From: a virus
Lineage: Duplodnaviria > Heunggongvirae > Uroviricota > Caudoviricetes
DNA: 11,173 nt
Virus record (IMG/VR): IMGVR_UViG_3300001598_000046
Coordinates: 64,001-75,173 of that record
Direction: 5' to 3' (one strand)
In this document: positions 1 through 6,491 of the stretch, piece after piece
Numbering within the stretch: the first letter of the stretch is position 1
How the letters are laid out: each line of letters opens with the position of its first letter
The notes under the pieces: generated by a model
What the model saw: the letters and a program-made list of their open reading frames with translations, nothing else
What the model was told of the DNA's origin: nothing
Database searches by the model: none
Translations under genes and position numbers: made by a program

Positions 1-135
1 TTCGGCGACAAAATAACGACCAATGGTCAATCTCCAGCCATCAATATATTTATATCGTTTTGTTTCACCACGTAAAGTTTGTTCCTCAATATATAGGACT
101 TTAACTGGGATTGGTATGATTGTAAATTTTGTCAT
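1..135 (-). CDS. Hypothetical protein, N-terminal 45 aa only (MTKFTIIPIPVKVLYIEEQTLRGETKRYKYIDGWRLTIGRYFVAE...), runs off the window
   Basis: Translated by hand. ATG at 135-133 overlaps the TGA of the upstream ORF (ATGA coupling), and the frame is open to the window edge. Confidence 0.7.
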   Translation of the reverse strand, partial: MTKFTIIPIPVKVLYIEEQTLRGETKRYKYIDGWRLTIGRYFVAE

Positions 136-296
136 TCTGAATCTTTTAACCACAATACATCGGATACTTGCTTTAAGGTACCATCCTTCAGCTTGACGTT
201 CACCTTACCGCGACCTGCTGGAAATGCAGATTCAACATCCCTTACTATATAGGTTCTTGTTTTTGCTCCGGAACTTTTCGTGTAGTATACAACCAT
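132..296 (-). CDS. 54-aa hypothetical beta-rich microprotein (MVVYYTKSSGAKTRTYIVRDVESAFPAGRGKVNVKLKDGTLKQVSDVLWLKDSE), absent from the ORF track
   Basis: Translated by hand. The start overlaps the upstream stop (TAATG) and the stop overlaps the downstream start (ATGA), so it is coupled at both ends. Confidence 0.8.
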   Translation of the reverse strand: MVVYYTKSSGAKTRTYIVRDVESAFPAGRGKVNVKLKDGTLKQVSDVLWLKDSE

Positions 297-664
297 TACT
301 GGATTTGTTTTAATCTGTTTATAAGTTGTGTATCTCTCTCATCACTATCCACTCCAATAACCATATCATTGGTGTCGATACTCCAAATTGTATCAGTTAC
401 GGCGAATGGGTGTGTCTTCAAAATGTTTTTGTAATCGATTATGATGGATTGTTTGGCACTCTCGATATCATAATATGTCTCCGGTATATTATAGATATTG
501 CATTGTCTTGCGGCATCCTTGTCAAAATCTATATGTTTCCAAAAATCAAATCGACCAATCTTACGAAACACTCTGTACTTCATTGTACCATCAAGCATTC
601 TCGTGATTTCAATCTTGTACCGGATTTTGTTTAACCAATCATGATTATATTTTGTAGTTTTCAT
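296..664 (-). CDS. Hypothetical protein, 122 aa (start revised to MKTTKYNH)
   Basis: Track ORF 296..700. The ATG at 664 lies 1 nt after the upstream TAA (TAATATG), which avoids overlap. Confidence 0.8.
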   Translation of the reverse strand: MKTTKYNHDWLNKIRYKIEITRMLDGTMKYRVFRKIGRFDFWKHIDFDKDAARQCNIYNIPETYYDIESAKQSIIIDYKNILKTHPFAVTDTIWSIDTNDMVIGVDSDERDTQLINRLKQIQ

Positions 665-665
665 A

Positions 666-854
666 TTACTTTTCAGGTTCCATAACGTAGCCACGAACAT
701 TATCCAACAATGTTATTGACTCGAGCTTGATTGACGAATACATCTTGTTAAACAAAGCCTCAACTTCAGAAAATGACTGAGCAAAAATAATTATTTCCCT
801 TTCATCACTCACACAGTGGTTTGTGAGGCATCTGTAAACTTTATACCGTTTCAT
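666..854 (-). CDS. Hypothetical protein, 62 aa (start revised to MKRYKVY)
   Basis: Track ORF 666..908. The ATG at 854 follows the upstream stop at 872 and fits the operon packing. Confidence 0.7.
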   Translation of the reverse strand: MKRYKVYRCLTNHCVSDEREIIIFAQSFSEVEALFNKMYSSIKLESITLLDNVRGYVMEPEK

Positions 855-871
855 TATAGAATGATTTATAT

Positions 872-1060
872 TTATTCGATATGTGTTCCACGATTGCAAC
901 AAGGGCATACAACATATTTTATGGTTCGAATTGGACCTTTGTATGCCCCACGAGATTGTGGTAATGTTTGCATTTTGATATCCTCAGGATCAGCAAGTAG
1001 CAATGCTCCACAATGTTCACAAGTTACACGAAATGATCTACCTGGTTTAATTACCTTCAT
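872..1060 (-). CDS. Small Zn-ribbon protein, 62 aa (start revised to MKVIKPG)
   Basis: Two Cys pairs, CEHC and CPCC. The start overlaps the kinase gene end by 14 nt. Confidence 0.8.
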   Translation of the reverse strand: MKVIKPGRSFRVTCEHCGALLLADPEDIKMQTLPQSRGAYKGPIRTIKYVVCPCCNRGTHIE

Positions 1061-1493
1061 AGAAACTCTTGTATTTCTCGTATGTTGCGCGGATAACCTT
1101 TTCACCGATCGGATTCTTACGAAGAGCATCACGGCGAATGCATTCCTCTACTGGAGTTTTGAAGTCCTGAAATTCAGTCTCATACTTATTGTTTGGATCC
1201 TCGAAATGGTTATGCTCCATCACCTTTGCCTCGATCCAAGCGATCTCTGCCGGATTCAGGTTCATATTATCCATAACAATATCAAAACCCTTGGCCATTG
1301 CCATTGTGAGGAACGTCTCCTTCATATGTTTGATGAGGCACTCACGAGTTGGAACCCAGTATACACCCATCATATTACGGATGTCATCTTGATTAAAACG
1401 AACTCGATGGTTTGGATCCATCTCGGCCCATTCGCGGGACCAAGTAGATTTGCCACTACCCTGGATACCGCGGACAATGATAATTTTATGCAT
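1047..1493 (-). CDS. Stand-alone polynucleotide 5'-kinase-like P-loop protein (AAA_33 family, like the kinase domain of T4 PseT)
   Basis: Walker A GIQGSGKS, the DDIR motif (T4 Pnk RDDYR), DNMN, and the lid ECIRRDALR. No HAD phosphatase domain is present. Confidence 0.9.
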   Translation of the reverse strand: MHKIIIVRGIQGSGKSTWSREWAEMDPNHRVRFNQDDIRNMMGVYWVPTRECLIKHMKETFLTMAMAKGFDIVMDNMNLNPAEIAWIEAKVMEHNHFEDPNNKYETEFQDFKTPVEECIRRDALRKNPIGEKVIRATYEKYKSFYEGN

Positions 1494-1512
1494 ATTCTTT
1501 TGATTTGTATTA

Positions 1513-1520
1513 ATATATAA
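1513..1520 (-). promoter_or_regulatory. TTATATAT putative phage promoter motif
   Basis: Recurrent intergenic motif, here 19 nt before the kinase ATG. Promoter function is inferred. Confidence 0.5.
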
Positions 1521-1559
1521 GTTTTGTTGAGATTCTATAGTTAAGTCCTCGAGTTTCGC

Positions 1560-1706
1560 TTATTCTTGATCCGTAGGGATCTTTTTATCCCTTTTGCGTT
1601 GTGTTGAATCGTAAAAGAAACATCTCTTGAGTCTACCCAATCCTTGTTTGAGGGCATTGGCACAATATGAATTGCGTGCTTTCTTGAATTTGTTTTTACT
1701 TGCCAT
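1560..1706 (-). CDS. 48-aa basic microprotein (MASKNKFKKARNSYCANALKQGLGRLKRCFFYDSTQRKRDKKIPTDQE), absent from the ORF track
   Basis: Translated by hand. It fills an otherwise empty gap and lies directly downstream of a terminator plus TTATATAT motif. 14 of 48 residues are K or R. Confidence 0.65.
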   Translation of the reverse strand: MASKNKFKKARNSYCANALKQGLGRLKRCFFYDSTQRKRDKKIPTDQE

Positions 1707-1712
1707 AATCTA

Positions 1713-1720
1713 ATATATAA
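1713..1720 (-). promoter_or_regulatory. TTATATAT putative phage promoter motif
   Basis: Follows the terminator at 1728-1766 and lies 6 nt before the ATG at 1706. Confidence 0.5.
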
Positions 1721-1727
1721 AAAGAGC

Positions 1728-1766
1728 AAAAAAAATTGAGCCACCACTGATGGCTCAATTTTTTTT
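1728..1766. terminator. Rho-independent terminator, bidirectional form
   Basis: Perfect 16-bp inverted repeat AAAAAAAATTGAGCCA / TGGCTCAATTTTTTTT with a 7-nt loop, 6 nt after the stop at 1773. Confidence 0.9.
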
Positions 1767-1772
1767 ATTTGA

Positions 1773-2228
1773 TTATCTGCGAACCATAAATCCATTCGCC
1801 TTGATCTTATTACCATCAACCTCGTAATCATAGATCGAAATCGTCATACCCTTTACTTTGCGCGCCTTGTCATTAACAAGGAGGCAATATGCAACTCCGT
1901 AATATGGATGACCGACTGTAACCACTGGGAGCTCGATCTCATATGCACTCCAAAGACCACCATCATTCTGCTCAGCCACATACTCGATATTATCGTGGTT
2001 TTGGATCGCATTGTGGATTGCGATTGTGTTATGCTGAAGGCGATGCTCAGGATTTGTATCCTCGAGATCGATGAACTGGCTGCCAATTTGAACGATCCCC
2101 ATCTCCTGTGCGCGAGCAACCATTGCCTTCTTCAACCAACTCTTGATTTCACCCTTGCGGCCGCGACCGATGATTTCACCTGTGATGTTACCGTTGTTGA
2201 TTGAGTGAGCTAAAGATTCAAGTGTCAT
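1773..2228 (-). CDS. Hypothetical protein, 151 aa (start revised to MTLESLAH)
   Basis: Track ORF 1773..2288. Its first 20 codons cover the promoter motif and a leader hairpin, and AAGGA precedes the ATG at 2228. Confidence 0.85.
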   Translation of the reverse strand: MTLESLAHSINNGNITGEIIGRGRKGEIKSWLKKAMVARAQEMGIVQIGSQFIDLEDTNPEHRLQHNTIAIHNAIQNHDNIEYVAEQNDGGLWSAYEIELPVVTVGHPYYGVAYCLLVNDKARKVKGMTISIYDYEVDGNKIKANGFMVRR

Positions 2229-2268
2229 ATGTGTCCTTGCAGGAGGGGTTGGTTTAGATCTCCTACAT

Positions 2269-2276
2269 ATATATAA
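2269..2276 (-). promoter_or_regulatory. TTATATAT putative phage promoter motif
   Basis: Context TTTGTTATATATATG, nearly identical to the copy at 10031-10038. Confidence 0.5.
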
Positions 2277-2331
2277 CAAAGTCACCAAAATCTTTAGTTA
2301 TTTGTGATCAAAAATATGTCACAATTCTCAC

Positions 2332-2673
2332 TTAATTGATCACTATTTGCTTGGTTATTTTATCACTACCATTGAGAAATCTCGCCATCTCATTCCAATT
2401 TCTCACCCATAAATCATCGTGGCGCTCCGAACCAACATAATGTGCGAAACCATATAATAATTCATCTTTCGGAGTACATATGATCGCACCTTCACCAAGA
2501 TATTCGAAACGTACCATTATAGCCTTTTCCTGTGTAAGTGGTTGGTTATTAACGATGATCTGATTCATAGTCTTCAATGCCTTGACGAATACTTTATCCA
2601 TCTGCTCAAAACCATTTGCCTTGAGCCCGTTAACAATATCCTGATAACCAGTTTGTGTTATTGTTCCAAACAT
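2332..2673 (-). CDS. Hypothetical protein, 113 aa
   Basis: Track ORF with protein-like composition, 21 nt downstream of a TTATATAT motif. Confidence 0.85.
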   Translation of the reverse strand: MFGTITQTGYQDIVNGLKANGFEQMDKVFVKALKTMNQIIVNNQPLTQEKAIMVRFEYLGEGAIICTPKDELLYGFAHYVGSERHDDLWVRNWNEMARFLNGSDKITKQIVIN

Positions 2674-2694
2674 AATACTAATACTTATATGATA

Positions 2695-2702
2695 ATATAT
2701 AA
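2695..2702 (-). promoter_or_regulatory. TTATATAT putative phage promoter motif
   Basis: Abuts the terminator at 2705-2730. Confidence 0.5.
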
Positions 2703-2704
2703 AG

Positions 2705-2732
2705 AAGGCCCCGATATTTATCGAGGCCTTTT
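2705..2732 (-). terminator. Rho-independent terminator
   Basis: Minus strand AAGGCCTCGAT-AAAT-ATCGGGGCCTT-CTTT. The single mismatch is a U-G wobble only on the minus strand, and the hairpin starts right after the stop at 2735. Confidence 0.8.
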
Positions 2733-2734
2733 AC

Positions 2735-2941
2735 TTATTTGAGTTTTGATTTGATATAATCCTTAAATTTATTGAATCTCTCCTTATTTTTGCCGTGTCT
2801 CTTTTTGAGCCATTCAGTAAACTTACCTTCATCAATATTCATTTCAATGAAAATATTCTTTGGAACATTTTCACCATATTGTTCGAGGATCATACTATAT
2901 TTCATTGCATCTTTCCAAGATAATAATGATTTTGTTTGCAT
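2735..2941 (-). CDS. Hypothetical basic protein, 68 aa
   Basis: Track ORF, preceded by TAAGGAAG and followed by a terminator. Confidence 0.75.
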   Translation of the reverse strand: MQTKSLLSWKDAMKYSMILEQYGENVPKNIFIEMNIDEGKFTEWLKKRHGKNKERFNKFKDYIKSKLK

Positions 2942-3022
2942 TTTCTTCCTTATTCAAATTATTTTCATATAACCTATTTTACCAATCTTTCTTGAAATGA
3001 TTCCATTAATCTTTTGTTTATT

Positions 3023-3038
3023 TTTATTATATAATAAA
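3023..3038. promoter_or_regulatory. Perfect 16-bp palindrome TTTATTATATAATAAA, putative bidirectional promoter
   Basis: Contains TTATATA on both strands and sits at the divergence point between the minus block and the plus block. Confidence 0.6.
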
Positions 3039-3056
3039 TCAAATTTGTAAGGTTTT

Positions 3057-6000
3057 ATGGCTAACAAACAAAATAAATCGACAAAAACTGCAGATCCAGC
3101 AAAACTCAATATCACCGAGATAGTCAAAGAGATTAATAAAAGTGCGGAGACACTTACTACTCTTATGGGTAATATTAATCAAATTGCTGAAGCTGCATCT
3201 GGTTTGGGTGTCAAGACAAAGATAAAACTTGCAGTTGCTGGAGATATTATCGATGACTATATGGCCATCGTTGTTGATATGTTATCGAATTTGCAGAAAA
3301 AATTTAAGGATGGTAAAACCATTACGAATTTACTTCATTATCAACAAGACCAAAAAGAAGTTATTCAGGAACTTAATAAAAATACTAAAAAACAATCAAC
3401 TCGAGTTATCAATGGAGATGGTAAATTCCAAGTTATTGAAGCAATATCGGGTATAGCAATTGCTCTTAAAAATATGATGGATCCTCTTAAAGACGTTATA
3501 ACGGATCCTGGATTAATTTTGATGATGACATTTTTGCCTAAAAAGACAAAAGAAATCATTGAAACAATGACAGGAGCAATAACAACAATTATAATTGATA
3601 TTGTTAAGGGATTGACTCGTATAAATATTGATAAATTACAAAAAGTAACCGATATATTGGTTGGTAATCCAGAGGTTGTTGAAGAGGAGTTACAAAAGAA
3701 TGAAGAGGGGGTACCACTCTTGGATAAAGATGGTAACGCCATTAAGACTACAAAAACTAAGGGTAAAACCCCTGGTCTTATCGAAGTCTTGACCGGGTTG
3801 GTGGGTATTGTTCAATCAATCCCGAATGCAATATCTCTTAATCCTATTACATTGATATTGACAAAGATCAAAATAGCAATATTTAAGAATTTCGTTCAGG
3901 ATATTGTTAGTGGTGTGACTGACATATTCAGCTCATTGAATATGGATAAAGATGGTGTTGAAAAAATGGAGAAAATAGCGAATGCGATCCAAAGTATTTT
4001 TGAAACATTAACAACTCTTGAAATGCCATCATTCGCCGAAATGTTAATTCTCAAAATTCGCTTGGCTATATTTAGAAGAATGGTTTTGAGTAGTATAAAA
4101 GCCTTTTTCATAGCTTTGCAAGAATTTACGAATAAACCAACTGGTTATGGTCGTGTATTTCTCGAAGAAAATGGTGTGGCATCAAAACTTGATGCTGCAT
4201 GCGAAACCTTAAAAACTCTTGATAATCTTGTATCAATTATTTTTAAGATGAATTTTGCGAAAGTTTTGTTAGCAATAGTTAATACTTGGATGCTTCGTGG
4301 TTTCCTTTTGGCCACTTCAGGATTATTCAAATCTTTGATGGGGATTTCGTTTGATGAAAAAGATTCACAGCAAGTTATTACAAAGTTATCAAATATGGGT
4401 GCCGTTATTGATAAACTTAAAAATTTGTTGGTTTCTATCGCACTTGCTGGTTTACTTGTTCTTCCAGCAATTATCGGTGCACTTCTCATAAGATTTGGAA
4501 TGAAGATTCTTAAACATTTACTAAAATCAATTGTTGGAACACTTGATTCAATTGGTGGTCGTGTTAAACATGTGAGCTCAAGCGCAAGCAAAGCAATTTT
4601 ACTTGTTATGATATTATGTGCAACAATGCTTATAATATGTGTTACATTGCTTGGTATCGCTGTAATGTTTGATCTCATCATCGATAAAGCGGATTCATTA
4701 TTAAAGGGTCTCGGAATGATCGCATTGGTTATTCTTGGAATGGTTGCGGTTATGTTATTGATTGGTCTCGTTGCTCCATTTGTCGTTATGGGGGCGATCG
4801 CAACAGTAATTGTAGTTGGTTGTATCGTTCTCGTATTGGTTGAATTAATGTTAATGATGGGTCTTTTGATGTTAATGGTATATCTTGCAGCATTACTTGA
4901 TCCTGATGCAATATTGAGCGCGGTTGACCTGATATTATCTACTGCACAACTTGTTATACAAAGAGTTCTTCAAACTGATTTCGCAATGAGGGATAGTGCG
5001 GCAAATAATACTGGCCTTATGGGATTTGCAGCAAGATTACTTTTTGGAGGCCAAGGTGCAACAATAGTTGACCTTATGTTAAAGTGCTCAATATTATTCC
5101 TTACGATTATAGCAGTCGGTTTACTCCTGATATTATCAACCATCTTATTAATGACTGTTGATATCGGTAAAGAGGTAGCAGAGAAACAGCAAGATATTGA
5201 GTGGGCAGTGATAAACATTCTTGACACAGCACAAAGCGTAATTCATATGCTGCTCGCTGGTGGTACAAAGAAGGATAAGGAGGGTAATACTTCGAATGTA
5301 TCAGGTGATTTCGGAACAAGTAGTGAGAACCACGGTCTTCTTGGTTGGGCACTTGAAAAGGTTGGTGGTGGCCAATTTGTGGCGATACTTGATATTGCAA
5401 GTAAAGTAGTTATATTATTGGGTACAATTATTGTTGTTGGACTCCTTTATGCAATAACACATATCCTTTTGGCGATAAAAGAAGATTATGACCAAATAAG
5501 TGGTCAGATTGGTGCATTACCTAATATGGTTGGTACGTTGATGAATACAGTTTCAATTGTAATATCAAAAATCACCAACGCTGGTATCTCATTCCAAAGT
5601 GATAAGGAGAAAAAAGACAATAGTTTCTTTGGTAAGATCAAAAAGGCAGCGCATAAAGTACTTCCAAATCTTACTGATATTTTTGATGCTATTGGAGTTA
5701 TTGGTAAGATGGGTATGATCATTGCAGTACTTGGTATGGTATGTGCCATCACAAAGACAGCAGCTGAGACGTTTGATGTATTGAGTAAGTACGATGGAAA
5801 GACTGCTGGTATGGGTGCCAAAACAACCAATTTGATGAATGCTGTTAAGGATGCCATTAAAGCGATTAATGGTTCAAAGATCGGTGATGAGATAAATGGA
5901 CTTAGTACATTATATAGTCATTCACAGAAATTTACGCAATTTGTCGAAACTACCTCGAAACTTGTTACAAATATTAACAAGATTAATATCGATAAGATTC

Positions 6001-6377
6001 GATCAATGACGAATTTATTAACTCAAGCGGCAGCATTCGCAAAATCGATGAATGGTAATATTGATAGATTGGCAAATGCGATTGCTGAGAAACTCGAACC
6101 AATTTTGAAGGAATTGACAAAGGCTATTGAGGATGCAGATAAGCATATTGAAGAGCGTGCCAAAAATGCTCCTGAGAGTACTACATCAAAAACAACCACA
6201 ACTACTACCGCTACACAAACATCAGTTAAATCAGCGATTGAACAAAAAAGAGCACAAGAACAAGCCACTCGCACAGCACAAATCAAAATGCAACAACAAA
6301 AGGCAAACAATCAAAAGTTGGCTCAAGATATTGCAGATGCACTTATGGGAGTCACACTCAGAGTCAAGATGGCATAA
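3057..6377 (+). CDS. 1106-aa helical multi-pass membrane protein with internal repeats; tape-measure/ejection (pilot) protein-like
   Basis: Long open ORF with amphipathic helical repeats, several long hydrophobic segments (about aa 460-800), a Thr-rich linker and a coiled-coil C-terminus. The CDS is certain; the function is inferred from architecture only. Confidence 0.6.
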   Translation: MANKQNKSTKTADPAKLNITEIVKEINKSAETLTTLMGNINQIAEAASGLGVKTKIKLAVAGDIIDDYMAIVVDMLSNLQKKFKDGKTITNLLHYQQDQKEVIQELNKNTKKQSTRVINGDGKFQVIEAISGIAIALKNMMDPLKDVITDPGLILMMTFLPKKTKEIIETMTGAITTIIIDIVKGLTRINIDKLQKVTDILVGNPEVVEEELQKNEEGVPLLDKDGNAIKTTKTKGKTPGLIEVLTGLVGIVQSIPNAISLNPITLILTKIKIAIFKNFVQDIVSGVTDIFSSLNMDKDGVEKMEKIANAIQSIFETLTTLEMPSFAEMLILKIRLAIFRRMVLSSIKAFFIALQEFTNKPTGYGRVFLEENGVASKLDAACETLKTLDNLVSIIFKMNFAKVLLAIVNTWMLRGFLLATSGLFKSLMGISFDEKDSQQVITKLSNMGAVIDKLKNLLVSIALAGLLVLPAIIGALLIRFGMKILKHLLKSIVGTLDSIGGRVKHVSSSASKAILLVMILCATMLIICVTLLGIAVMFDLIIDKADSLLKGLGMIALVILGMVAVMLLIGLVAPFVVMGAIATVIVVGCIVLVLVELMLMMGLLMLMVYLAALLDPDAILSAVDLILSTAQLVIQRVLQTDFAMRDSAANNTGLMGFAARLLFGGQGATIVDLMLKCSILFLTIIAVGLLLILSTILLMTVDIGKEVAEKQQDIEWAVINILDTAQSVIHMLLAGGTKKDKEGNTSNVSGDFGTSSENHGLLGWALEKVGGGQFVAILDIASKVVILLGTIIVVGLLYAITHILLAIKEDYDQISGQIGALPNMVGTLMNTVSIVISKITNAGISFQSDKEKKDNSFFGKIKKAAHKVLPNLTDIFDAIGVIGKMGMIIAVLGMVCAITKTAAETFDVLSKYDGKTAGMGAKTTNLMNAVKDAIKAINGSKIGDEINGLSTLYSHSQKFTQFVETTSKLVTNINKINIDKIRSMTNLLTQAAAFAKSMNGNIDRLANAIAEKLEPILKELTKAIEDADKHIEERAKNAPESTTSKTTTTTTATQTSVKSAIEQKRAQEQATRTAQIKMQQQKANNQKLAQDIADALMGVTLRVKMA
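4920..5820 (+). repeat. Three degenerate protein-level repeats of 95, 107 and 98 aa inside the large ORF
   Basis: Units begin AVDLILSTAQ (aa 622), AVINILDTAQ (aa 717) and MVGTLMNTVS (aa 824). Units 1 and 2 share GL[ML]G[FW]A...GGQ...[IV]D...TII[AV]VGLL...ILL. Confidence 0.7.
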
Positions 6378-6394
6378 TACAACTATATATAAAG

Positions 6395-6429
6395 AAAGTG
6401 GAGGAGTTACAAACTTCTCCACTTTTTTT
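6395..6429 (+). terminator. Rho-independent terminator of the large ORF
   Basis: AAAGTGGAGGAGTT-ACA-AACTTCTCCACTTT followed by a T run. The G-U wobble is valid on the plus strand. Confidence 0.85.
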
Positions 6430-6491
6430 ATTAAATCACTAACATTACCAATCTGATTCAATTATTTTTAGAGAAAAATTATTAATATTAA

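Noticed and set aside
1494-1559. 22 stop-free codons joining the 48-aa ORF in frame to the kinase (possible readthrough fusion)
   Set aside because: A single TAA with a short open spacer is expected by chance fairly often, and the spacer holds the kinase's own promoter motif.
1541-1831. Track ORF 1541..1831 (96 aa, minus)
   Set aside because: It crosses a strong terminator and promoter motif and overlaps two better ORFs in other frames.
326-2972. Plus-strand track ORFs 326..634, 816..1520, 1908..2204, 2542..2742 and 2772..2972
   Set aside because: They are antisense shadows of coupled minus-strand genes and have no recognisable motifs.
6180-6222. ACA/ACT-rich stretch as a possible microsatellite or phase-variable tract
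   Set aside because: It is an imperfect repeat with mixed Thr codons encoding an S/T linker, not a slippage tract.
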